DNA of 64,000 nt from Octopus vulgaris (taxonomy: Eukaryota), in assembly GCA_951406725.2 (NCBI GenBank), contig OX597818.1:105400001-105464000 (forward strand). Reading direction: 5' to 3'. The notes under the pieces are model-generated. The model worked only from the letters and a program-made list of their open reading frames with translations, searched no databases and was not told the DNA's origin. This document shows, piece after piece, positions 1 to 11,132 of the stretch (the stretch's first letter is position 1; each line of letters opens with the position of its first letter). The translations under genes and the position numbers were made by a program.

Positions 1-241
1 AAAACACCATCCGAGCGTGGCCGTCTGCCAGCCTCGTCTGGCACCTGTGTCGGTGGCACATAAAAACACCCACTACACTCTCGGAGTGGTTGGCGTTAGG
101 AAGGGCATCCAGCTGTAGAAACACTGCCAGATCTGACTGGCCTGGTGCAGCCTTCGGGCTCCCCAGACCCCAGTTGAACCGTCCAACCCATGCTAGCATG
201 GAAAGCGGACGTTAAACGATGATGATGATGATGATGATGAT
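1..241 (+). mobile_element. 3' end of RTE-clade LINE (or derived SINE) with (GAT)n tail
   Basis: Same 3' UTR (GGCGTTAGGAAGGGCATCCAGC...GAAAGCGGACGTTAAACGATGATG) is attached to RTE RT coding sequence at 38583-39873; further copies at ~5500-5663, 10950-11135, 24970-25122. Confidence 0.85.
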
Positions 242-258
242 ATATATATATATATATA

Positions 259-478
259 TTTGTCTTCAAAGCAAAACTGGATCTCTTCCTGTCAAGGATT
301 CTGGATGAGCCTATCTCATGGCAGAATACACAGATGCGGTCAGAATCGTAAGACTCCCTCCTTCACGAAATGCCTCATATCAAAGGGGGTTTCAAATAGT
401 GAAAATGTTGTAAAACTCGTGGTGGTGTCCCAGCATGACCACAGTTTTTGAGCTGAAATTAGTTAAAGATTTAAAAGA

Positions 479-480
<2 letters not shown>
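259..480 (+). mobile_element. 3' end of CR1/L2-like LINE ORF2 plus tail
   Basis: Translates VFKAKLDLFLSRILDEP..., typical of a CR1-like ORF2 C-terminus, followed by a GTGTCCCAGCATGACCACAG tail; paralogous copy at ~25153-25310. Confidence 0.55.
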
Positions 481-526
<46 letters not shown>

Positions 527-634
527 ATACTCTTTAAATCTTTAACTTTTGCTTTCAACATGTGATCTCTTAAGCACCACCAGCTCAAATATTTTCTCCT
601 CTGTCTTCCCTCCTTGGGATCTTTCCTTCTCCTT

Positions 635-669
635 GTTTCCGACGAAGAGCTCCGCTCGAAACGTTAAAC
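635..669 (+). ncRNA. Minimal type I hammerhead ribozyme motif in a TA-flanked ~200 bp repeat (Penelope-associated type)
   Basis: GTTT-CCGACGA-A-GAGC(TCC)GCTC-GAAAC-GTT^AAAC; stems I and II pair, stem III palindromic (AACGTT); U4 is C in this copy; decayed second copy at 10813-10847 has CTGA. Confidence 0.65.
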
Positions 670-1504
670 CCTCCTTCCCTTCTTTCCTGAGCGTCAATAA
701 TACTTTAATTGTTCCACGTCCTGCGTTGCTGTGTTTTTTTCTCTTTTTTTTCTGTGTTTTCTTGTTTGGATTAACTTTATATATATATATATATATATAT
801 ATAGTCTACAGTGTGTTTGGTGTTAGAAGGGGGCATCCAGCCATAAAAACCCTGCCAAAACAGATACTGGAGCCTGGTGCAGTCTTCTGCCTAGCCATCT
901 CCTGTCAAATCATCCAACGCACGTTAGCATGGAAAGCAGATGTTAAGCAAATTTGTTCATGTGTGATGAACCAGTTACAAACACTAATGTCTTTTACTGT
1001 CCTCTTGTTAACTTCAGCTATACTGTCCCATTTTTTTTAATTGAATTCCTCCCTTCCTCTAGTTTTTCTGCTCCTTTCTCTTCCAAATCTTTACCTCTTC
1101 CCCTTTCTTCTTTATCCTTCTCCCTTATACTGATGCTTATCTTCATTTCCTGCCCCCATACTTGTACTATTCCTTCAGTGTTTTGCCTATCAATGGGCCT
1201 AATGAGAAAGCCTATCAATAACGAACCTACTAATGGCTACTGGAAACAGCTGTAAATCAAATTTACTACAATAAAGAAAAATATGTAATGACCATTATTT
1301 ATGCCTTGTCTTTTATATCATTCTGTGTAAAATCAGTATAACTGGAGCACAAACATGGATTTACAATATACAATAGTGATGAACTATAACCTCAGACCCT
1401 GCCACAAGATCACACAGGTTCTTTACTAATCTCAGCAATATTGTTAGCTTAATGTACTAACAGAGTTTATAAAGTATTTTGCCCAAAATGATAATCCCCC
1501 CACA

Positions 1505-1544
<40 letters not shown>

Positions 1545-1589
1545 TCAGAGGCAAGGAAAAGTAAATGAACAAAAAAACATTATGCCCCT

Positions 1590-2646
1590 TGTTCCATTAG
1601 TTGGAACCGAACCAGCACTCCAGTTGTTCAGACAATGGTATTTCCTTTGTCCTGTCAAAGACCACGATTATTAATGGTCGAAGGCAGTGAACTATGGCCC
1701 CCACACGGTCATGGAAAGTTTTAAAAAATTGAAATGCTGGGACAACGTTATAAATATGGCTAGCATTAAGTTAGTTGGTCAGTCAGCGAGAAACCATGAG
1801 AGGGTCAGTGTGAGCGGAGCGGACAAGGGAATGAGCTAGAGATGGTGGAGTCGGTGAGAGGCAGCCACAAAGATGACAGCCAGGGTCTAGAGAGAGACAG
1901 ACAGTGAGTGGGCAAGAGACAGGACGAGAGGTAGTAAGGAAGATGACAGTGAAGGGGCAGAGAGAGACATAAAGAAGCCGGACTACTATAGTGGGGGTTG
2001 TGATGTTCAGGGAGTGTTGCAGGCGTGGAACATGCGGTAATGTTTTTTATTTGTGTTTTGAATTTCGATGTTCAAATAGAGTCGATGTGTTGTTGTTTTT
2101 AAAAAAAAAGCAGTAGGAACTTTGAGAACTGTCATGTAAAAAAAAAAAGCGTGTTGTTGGCTGTTTTTAAGAGAAAAGAAAAGAAAGAAAAAAAAAGAAC
2201 TTGGAAATGTTTTAAAAAGGAGAAGGAAACTTTTTGATTGTGAACTTTGTGTTAAATGTAAAATGATGTGTCTTGGAAAAGAAAATCGAACAGTATTGTG
2301 TCAAATGTTCAATGATTTGTTTTTCAAACTCTGTCTTACGTTTAAATGCAATTGATTGTTCTTCGAACTCTGTATTATGTTTAAATGCAAATGATTGTTC
2401 TTCGAACTCCGTACATGATTTGTCAACCTTTGTTCTGAAATGCTTTGATTTCGTTTTGGAAAAAAAAAGCTAAATTACGCAACTTCCGCTGTCTCTTTCT
2501 TTTGTTGTGGTTGTGTTGGTTCCTGGCTGTGTTTGCCGCCTTCCCTTCCTTTCCGTGGTGGATTTCCGGTTTACTGAGTGTCGTTGTCGCGACTTAGGGC
2601 TCATGATGGAATCGGAAGGCCCTGGGCCCTTAGTGGCGGTGTAACA
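1590..2646. mobile_element. Possible solo LTR or other CpG-richer insertion
   Basis: Ends in GTAACA, has an internal ~39 bp tandem repeat (2310-2420) and is absent from the paralogous block at 25310-25320; left boundary and TSD not resolved. Confidence 0.3.
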
Positions 2647-2989
2647 ATATATATATAGGTGCAACTTTGGCATGTGGTCTACAAGGGAGATTACTTGGGG
2701 TTACTTTTAAATTATTTTGTACATACTTGGCATTGTAAATGTATTTTATCAAATTCTTACTATTTTAATAATAAGAAAATCATATAATAATTAAAATAAG
2801 TATGTAAACCACCCACCAAAGTAAATTTGCTCTTGGAGATAACACGGAAAATAGCACTAGCACAAAGTAAACTAAAAAGTAACCTAAAGTAATCTCCCTT
2901 TAAATTGTAGATCCCACGCTCAAGTTGCAGCTTTTTTTTTCTTACAAAATGATGTGAATTTAGTGCTGATTTCTTGTAAAAATGCAACT

Positions 2990-4040
2990 GCTTTCATCTT
3001 GCCATTGATCACATTGTAAAAATCTTTTGCCAACATCTTACAATCAACCTTGTCCCATTGCATAATTTAGGAGGATCTAAATATCTTAGAAGCCTAAATA
3101 GGACCCTTACCTTCATAAAAATTCTACATGGAGGAATTCAGAATTCCAGGTGGCTCAGGAGAATCAAGGAACTTTGTTGGGTAATGGACAGCTTGATTTT
3201 CATCAAGGACTGAATCAACTGATTTGCACTCTTTAATGATTGTTGGGATCTTATTTGTTAATCCTTGCAACTGTTTCATTTTTTTGAGCAAGAATTGCCC
3301 TTTCACACAACCATTTATGAGAACTACAATTATTACTTAAGTCTGGAAATACCCTGTTCTTCAATTCAACTGGAGAATTCACCATGATAGCAATATGAGC
3401 AAAGCTGATATCACCATTCCTATCAAATGGTACTTTCCCATTTCCTAATTGGAGGAGCCAGGTTGAAAATTGTTCTGCACATTGGTCCCCATGTAATAAC
3501 GCTCACACATTAGTATTGAAGGAGAATTTTTGTATTTTATTCCATAGGTGCAAAGAATTAATGCATGCTTTTATTTCATCAAATCTTCCTTGTCTTGGAA
3601 TGTCTGGTAATGTCTCTCTGAAGTCTTCTGATGAAATTCATGTAACTCCCTCCATAGATTTATTGTTGCCTCTGATGTCCTGTAAGATCTTACCAAGAGC
3701 TTCCACTGCACCTCTATGTGGCATGGTGCATTCATTCCAAATGATAAGGTGGCATTGGCACAACACTTTTAGTGAACTTGAATCTTTTCTTATGTTACAA
3801 AATGGACTGTCATTTGTGACCTGGTTTAGCAGTAATTTAAAAGCAGAATGGGCTGTTCGTCCTCCTGAGAGGAATAGTGACAGAAAAGCCAAACAATCCT
3901 ACAGCAACTGCAATTCTTTTTTCTTGCCTTACCTTGGAGAGAAGCAATGTTGTTACAAATGTTTTACCTGTGCCATCAGGAGCATCAAGAAGGAAAATTC
4001 CTCTGCTTTTTTCTGGTGATTGTGGAACACCGTATGCACA
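2990..4040 (-). pseudogene. Helitron PIF1-like helicase fragment, frameshifted (copy 1)
   Basis: FLLDAPDGTGKTF (Walker A), GGRTAHSAFKL, LIIWNECTM, YPTKFLDSPEPPG and PPKLCNGTRL-type motifs spread over several frames. Confidence 0.9.
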
Positions 4041-4970
4041 CACATAAACACAGACACATATACATACAGTATCAAACATGAGATGAAATGGATATGTGTG
4101 TGTGAGTGATAGAGAGCACGAATGAAGGGGTATGTTGTCATGTATACATACATAAATAAGCATACATATTTTTTGTATGTATGTGTGCATGTGAGAGAGC
4201 GAATGCCACTTAGACATCACTCACTCTCTCTTATGCACACATACATGCAAAAAAGATGTATGCTTATGTATTCATGTAAGTACACGTACATGACAACACA
4301 TCCCTTCACTCTCTCTCTCACACACACACATACATAAATGTATACCAACATACATACAAAAACACGTGTGTGTGTGCGACTGACTACAAATACCCAAATT
4401 TTTTGGGATGATTCGTGTTGAATTGCAAATTTTAATGTGATATTTGTGTAATAATGAAATCAAACCTGGAGTGTGTGTGTGAGTGAGAAAGAGAGGGGGA
4501 GAGAACATTGCAAACAATAAATGAAATAAGCATAAAATGAAAAAAATTGTCTCAATAATAATACATTAAAAATCTCTCGTATGAAATATTTGAATTTGTG
4601 AACTTAGTAAATATTTGTTTCAGTAATTTATTGTAGTTGTTTCGAAAGAGTAAATTAAAATGGAAAATTTCACAGTTGCTATGTCAAAACTGGAAGTTGA
4701 CGTTGAGAAACCTTTTTAAAGAAGTGAATCATAAATATAAAGCAATATTTATTTTTAATGGAAAAATAAACTGATGACCCTATTACGTATCCAAGTTTAA
4801 ATTATTCATGCATCCCAAGTTTTCTCAGGAAAAGCGAAAATACATACACGCCTTGATTGTTGGCCTATTTTGTGTGTGAGGAAGTTTGACAGCACTGCTC
4901 TTATCTGTACCATATTGAGCTGTTGGTTTCAGCCGGTATTGTAAAGAGAAGAGTGTCTAGTTGTTTTTTG

Positions 4971-5504
4971 TGCCAGCCTCGCCTGGCCCCGTGCCGGTGA
5001 CACGTAAAAGCACCGTCCGTTCGTGGCCGTTTGCCAGCTCTGTCTGGCCCCGTGTCGGTGGCACGTAAAAGCACCATCCGTTCGTGGCCGTTTGCCAGCT
5101 CTGTCTGGCCCTGTGTCGGTGGCACGTAAAAGCACCATCCGTTCGTGTCCGTTGCCAGCCTCGGCTGGCCCCCGTGCCGGTGACACGTAAAAGCACCGTC
5201 CGCTCGTGGCTGTTTGCCAGCTCTGTCTGGCAACTGTGTCGGTGGCACGTAAAAGCACCATCTGTTCGCGTCCGTTGCCAGCCTCGGCTGGCCCCCGTGC
5301 CGGTGACACGTGAAAGTACCGTCCGTTCGTGGCCGGTTGCCAGCTCTGTCTGGCCCCGTGTCGGTGGCACGTAAAAGCACCATCCGTTCGTGTCCGTTGC
5401 CAGCATCGCCTGGCCCCGTGCCGGTGACACGTAAAAGCACCATCCGTTCGTGGCCGTTCGCCAGCTCTGTCTGGCACCTGTGCAGGTGGCACGTAAAAAA
5501 CACC
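4971..5504 (+). repeat. Tandem array of nine ~61 bp units (A/B variants) in an RTE 3' UTR
   Basis: CACGT(A/G)AAA recurs at ~5001, 5062, 5123, 5184, 5246, 5307, 5368, 5428, 5490; runs directly into the RTE 3' tail (to ~5663). Confidence 0.95.
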
Positions 5505-5664
5505 CACTACACTCTCGGAGTGGTTGGCGTTAGGAAGGGCATCCAGCCGTAGAAACACTGCCAGATCTGACTGGGCCTGACGAAGCCTTCCAGCTTCACA
5601 GACCCCAGTTGACCCGTCCAACCCATGCTAGCATGGAAAGCGGACGCTAAACGATGATGATGAT

Positions 5665-6200
5665 CCACATCCACATAATGTAGGGTTCTTAATTTTTGTA
5701 GCAGGGCATTGAAGAGCTGTGGGCTTTCAAACCCTAAGCTATTGCAGTGCCTGGTCCTGAATTTAGATGGAGTGGATGGTGTCTTTGGTACAGTATAACA
5801 GTATCCAGTTCAGGTATTTGTGTAACACTCAATGCCAAAATTAGGTACTAGTCCATCCAGAATTTTTCATATGTAAATTATTACAGATCTGTCATGTCTT
5901 TGTCTCAATGAGTAAAGACAGTTTTTTCGGCCTCTCCCAGTAGCTCATCTGCTGCACTGTTACAATTTTTCTAGTGTAGTAACATTGGACTGCTTCAAGC
6001 TCTGCTGTTAGTTTGGCACTAAGTGGTGACCATAACAGAACAGTAATCCAGGTGGCAAAGAACAAAGATCCTCCACAGGGTCAACATAACTTCTTGAAGA
6101 ACCTTAGTAACCATCCTGCTAGTTGACTGCACTTTATTGCCATCTTGGTAATGTGTATATGAAATGCTGCATCATTACACATACTGATCCCCAAGTCATT
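5665..6200 (-). mobile_element. Decayed CR1/L2-like LINE ORF2 fragment
   Basis: Minus-strand translation contains VLLWSPLSAKLTAELEAV and QQMSYWER, matching the post-RT region of CR1-like elements. Confidence 0.65.
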
Positions 6201-6289
6201 ATATATACTATAAAATGATTATATCAGTGGCCTAGGACTGAAAAATGACCATATAGGCAACATTATTTTTTTTTACATATATAATTATA

Positions 6290-8085
6290 AAGATGAGCAA
6301 GGATATCCAGCGTTGCTCGGGATTAAAATGGCATAGTTTGTGTATAATATATTACAGTTATGTTGAAACAGGTGGTATGGGAAAGTGCAGCATTGACAAC
6401 AAAACATTTAAGGAGTAAATGATGGGCTAATTCAACTAAGCAACATGCTATGCATCTGTTTGGAGTATTTCAGGCCCTAACCTGTCATGGAAAATTGGGG
6501 GTGGGGGTCATGTAATTTTTGAATGCACCAAAAAGCTGTCAGTGGATATACTGTCTTTTGCAGCAGTTGGCACTGTGTCTAACATGGCCCATCATCTGAA
6601 ATTTTGACACCTCCTTCAGGTTTGTTGTCCTACATCACTCATTAAGTAAATTTGGAGGAACTGTTGTTGTTCATTTGTGGGTAACAGGGAACCAATGAGG
6701 TAATAGACTTGCCCTTGAACTTTGATGCCGGCATAAATTCATGTTTAACTATCTTCTTAGATGCAGTAAACGATGTCATTTGAAATGCAGAGTTATATTG
6801 TCTGATATTGTTCAGAAAATACTTTGACTGGATATAAGTGCCTTCTAGAGGATCCATAAAACATTGAGAAGAAGCTGGTAGTGCTGGCAAAGTTACCTGA
6901 CCGCCTGAGCAGCACATATCATTTGTTTTATTTGAAAATTTTAAAGCTCTACAGAAACAACAATTTATGTTTAGCATACCAGTTTGGACAGAGTTATCAT
7001 TTTTATAAGAACAGGATGGATCATACCTGAAAAGAGCTTCAGGGGTTGTGAAAAACGAATATGTATGTAGTCTGTTTCTGAGAGCTATTCTATTGGGCCT
7101 CTGTCTAATCATTAAAACATTGATTTAATGACCCAGCATTAAGAGCTGCAACATGCATTGGCTGATCTTGAGAAAATCTCATCTCACTTCTCTTTTCAGA
7201 CTCTCACCTTTGGTTTTCTACAATCCTCCTTGCTCTATACTTGTTTCTGAAGAGATTACGTCTTCTCTTTGGTGGCATATTTTTTCAATATTTTAAACAA
7301 AAAATTATGAACATAGAAAGAAATTATACATTAATCCCTATTTTGTAAGCAGTTGTATATATATATAGTATGCTTTTATTTTTGTATGCAGTATAAATTA
7401 ACCAAATAGAAGCCCATGTATGAACCGCTAATTTAACGATAAATGCCACAATAATTATTATAGATAAATTTCTTAATATACATATATTATGCACATGTAT
7501 TAAATATTAATTTAAGGGTAAATATGTAACTGTAAATACCTTGCAACTGCAGTAATAATTATCAACTGGTAACTGAACGGTATATGAGTATTTTTATATA
7601 CATTGGACCTGCCATCTCATTGTTTTTGTCAAGAGTTTCACCTCCAGCCATTTGTTATGTCAACACATACACTAACACCATTCTGCTGTGGTGGCTCATT
7701 TTGTGTTTTTTCCCGCTCATTCTGTAAAACTTTATTTGAAGAGAGCAGAAATTGAAAGAAGAGAAAGCGAAAAGGACCACGAGAAAAAAAGTGAAAGATG
7801 TATGTACGTGTATATGAAATGGACGTATGTGTGTGTGTGAGAAAAAGAGAGAGATAGAGTGAGTGAGTGAAGGTGTGTGTCGTGATGATTGATATCTTTT
7901 AAGATACACACACATAGAAAATGTGACATCATATAAAATGTTTATGATAGTTGATTTATGGAAAAGATTATGATGTTAATTTTTGAAATGCAAATATGTG
8001 AATGGAAATTAAGTTTAATTTGTAGTACTGAATCTTTTGATACACCATACGTCAAAATCAGTGACACGGTTTTGAAATGCAACAA
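6290..8085 (-). mobile_element. Helitron remnant (N-terminal Rep region and 3' hairpin)
   Basis: ORF 6642-7112 has CCFCRALKF..MCCSGGQVTLP and FLNNIRQYNSAFQMTSF; decayed 3' hairpin CCCGAGCAACGCTGG near 6305-6321; shares AATTTTTGAAATGCAAATATGTGAA with the Helitron at 43358. Confidence 0.85.
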
Positions 8086-8086
8086 C

Positions 8087-8980
8087 ATTCTTCTTTGTGA
8101 TCTTCACCAAAATTTGCAAGCAGATGCTCAATAACGTTGAACCTCATAAAACACATGACCATATTTATGAGTGGTAGAGTGGCTTGATGATGCATTAAAG
8201 TGACAAATCTCTTAATAAGGTTTAGTATTAGAAATCTCACATTGCTGTCCAGAGATATTTCTAACAGATGAAAGAGTGGAAAATAAATTGTTTATATAAT
8301 ATAGATGTGTATGTGGGCATGCAATAAAAGACCTAGTTTAAAATACATTTTCAAACTGGACCCATTCACTATAGGTATGAGGCATGCTTCTTATACATCT
8401 AGTGTCTACTGTAAAATAAAGTCAACTAACAAATTAGGATTACACCAAGACAAACCAATGGATTAAAGAATGAAACAGGATACTAGAAATGGCTTCTGCA
8501 GCAGAGATCCTCACAGAGTGAAATAGATGTACAATGTAAAATCTTATTACATTGTAAAATATAGATGAAGAAAAAAATTTTTTCATTTTTCATCTTATAA
8601 GATATTTAAAAGAAGTATTTACAAAGATATTCTACTGAATAATTTTAACATTTTTAAAAATTGCTGAAATGAATAAGTTAAAAATAATATTCCTGAAAAA
8701 AGGAAAAGGACAAATGAAAAAATGTAACCAAAAGTAATTATTTTTTTCTATTTTTGTTTTCTTTCCCTTCCTTTTTATTAACCTTTTATTTTTTCTGAAA
8801 TTTATTATGTTAACATGGGAGAAATATTTTCTTCTGAATAATTTTAAGGTCATAAATTCTTTGCACGGGTTTTACTTAAATTCTGACAAATTAATTAAAA
8901 GTGCACCAACAACTTTATCACCCAGACAACATAGATTTGTATCAATGTCACTTTGAACCAATCATGCAAATATTAGAATG
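8087..8980 (-). pseudogene. Duplicated fragment of the hnRNP U-like gene (part of a SPRY exon plus upstream intron)
   Basis: Colinear with 49833-51225 apart from a ~415 bp deletion and smaller indels; retains VIEHLLANFGEDHKEE versus VIEHLSANFGEDHREE. Confidence 0.9.
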
Positions 8981-9270
8981 TGTACTATTAATTTTAAACA
9001 GAGATATTCTGTGCATCTAAACTCATTTAAATATGAAGAACATAGCAAATCCACATCCCTAGCCAACCACATACACCTTCTGATAAATAGGAAAGTACCA
9101 TATAGGATATTCTGGGCCATAATAGATTCTAGTGTCCCATACCAAGGCCAGCACTCCACATGTGAACTCTGCCTGAAAACCCCTCTAAATATTAATTTAT
9201 AATTCACTGCAATTACTCAATAAACAACATGAATCATTTTCTACATGCAAGCATAAGTTCTTTCACAATT
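8978..9270 (+). mobile_element. Penelope-like element, GIY-YIG endonuclease C-terminal fragment
   Basis: FKQRYSVHLNSF...TSLANHIHLL...WAIIDSSVPY...CELCL then LLNKQHESFSTCKHK, resembling the PLE endonuclease C-terminus. Confidence 0.75.
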
Positions 9271-9567
9271 TCAGATTCTTCCAAAGGTCAAAATGCAAGC
9301 AAAATCAACACACATAACCCTTGCCTATAGATATCCACTGTCATAACAATACAATCCACTAGCTAGCTTTAATTCCTTAAATTTAAATTTTTAAATTTTT
9401 AATTTGACTTTTAAATTTTAATTCTTTAATTTGTATCCTTTATTCCTTTAATTGTAGTTTTATCCTATACATACCTCCTTAAGCTAGGCATCTATTTTTA
9501 GCTATCCCTACTGACCACTCCACATCTAACCTAGATTTCATCTATTTAATTAATAGATATAAATACC

Positions 9568-9680
9568 TATTTCTTTATTACCCACAGAGGGCTAAACACA
9601 GAGGGGACAAACAAGGACAGACATAGGTATTAAGTCGATTACATCGACCCCAGTGTGTAACTGGTACTTAATTTATCAAA
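9568..9680 (-). mobile_element. SINE 3' fragment (same family as 10476-10708)
   Basis: Reverse complement of the GATAAA..AAGTACCAGT..CTGGGGTCGATGTAATCGACTTAA..TTTAGCCC segment. Confidence 0.8.
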
Positions 9681-10475
9681 TACCTTCCACTTCCACTTCA
9701 CCAAAACCTTAATACCTGACTGCTCAACCTGAACCAGACACTTACTTACAAGAATAACACTGGAATCTTAGCTGTATCATTTATATTTCTTATTTTTTAT
9801 TTTTATTTTTCATTTTACATTACTTTTACTCTCATTCATTCTTTTCCCCACACCCATCCCATTCCTGTCTTTTCTCTCTTTCTCCTTCTTCTCTCACTTC
9901 TATCCACTCACTCACTACCCACTTCTGTCTTTCTCACTCTATATACCCATGCAGACCATTTACTTACTAGCTAAACACTTCAACATGACCATATCATTCA
10001 AAATACTGCCTGGATTTACTTAGGATTATACCTAAGGGCCTATACTTTCATGGAAATACAGACCAACCTCCATACCCTCTGGAAAAAGATGAACTGTGAA
10101 CCTTATTCTCCTTTCTGTATTCTTCTATCTACTTTTAATTCAAATTCACCTTACCCTAATTAAATTATTATAAATGACATGAGATACTTGTCCTACATTG
10201 GTTTTCATTGTCCTTTACCTCTAATATATACCTGCTAACATGGAAACACAATACAGATCCCTAGCTCCAGCCTCAGGTGTGAACTTGGAACCATATAGGT
10301 GACCAACTATAGCACTAAATCAGCATACCTATTCACATAGATCACCAGTGAACTAAACCTCTCAGACTGGTAGTTAGTGACTTTAGGATCAGGAGTAGGA
10401 GGACAACCAGAAGACGACCAACATGGAGAAGAAGGATCTGGAAGCTTAAAGATCCTGCGATATATATATATTAAA

Positions 10476-10708
10476 GGCGGCGAGCTGGCAAAATCGTTAG
10501 CATGCCGGGCGAAATGCGTAACCGTATTTCGTCTGCCGTTACGTTCTGAGTTCAAATTCCGCCAAGGTCGACTTTGTCTTTCATCCTTTCGGGGTCGATA
10601 AAATAAAGTACCAGTTACGCACTGGGGTCGATGTAATCGACTTAATCCGTTTGTCTGTCTTTGTTTGTCCTCTCTATGTTTAGCCCCTTGTGGGCAATAA
10701 AGAAATAG
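10476..10708 (+). mobile_element. tRNA-derived SINE with Nin/Deu-like central domain
   Basis: B-box-like GAGTTCAAATTCC, then CTTTCATCCTTTCGGGGTCGATAAAATAAAGTACCAG; inserted in a TA run; older copies at ~17690-17820 and 18000-18160. Confidence 0.8.
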
Positions 10709-10949
10709 ATATAAATATATATATATATATATATACATATGTAACCGCGTGTGTACCATTGGCGATTTTTTTTTCCTCCGTCTTCTCTTCCTTAGATCTT
10801 TCCTTTTCCTATGTTTCTGACAAAGAGCTCTGCTCAAAACATTAAATCCTCCTTCTTTCTTTCCTTTCCTGAGCATCCAATAACACTAAATTTGTTCCAC
10901 GTCTTCGCGTTGTTGTGTTTTCTCTGTTTTCATGTTTGGATTAACTATA

Positions 10950-11132
10950 TCATCATCGTCGTTTAACGTCTGTTCTCCATGCTAGCATGGGTTGGACGGT
11001 TCGACCGGGGATCTGGGAAGCCAGAAGGCTGCACCAGGCTCCAGTCTTATCTAGCAGTGTTTCTACAGCTGGATGCCCTTCCTAACGCCAACCACTCCGT
11101 GAGTGTAGTGGGTGCTTTTTACATGCCACCTG

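Noticed and set aside
461-547. Inverted repeat around a (TA)n tract
   Set aside because: Short arms derived from a retroelement tail next to a self-complementary microsatellite; most likely a slippage or fold-back by-product
3516-4019. 167 aa plus-strand ORF conserved with 26201-26701
   Set aside because: Antisense to the duplicated Helitron helicase; the similarity is explained by the duplication
4971-5504. HDV-like ribozyme reading of the 61 bp unit (CCAGCCTCG..CTGG resembles P3/L3)
   Set aside because: No convincing P2 partner or J4/2 strand could be found by eye
4901-5621. Three overlapping 150-230 aa repetitive ORFs; CRISPR-like appearance
   Set aside because: They are translations of a GC-rich tandem repeat in a LINE UTR; there are no unique spacers or cas genes, and the context is eukaryotic
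8087-8306. Helitron capture of an hnRNP exon
   Set aside because: Homology to the gene continues ~670 bp past the putative Helitron TC end, which fits segmental duplication better
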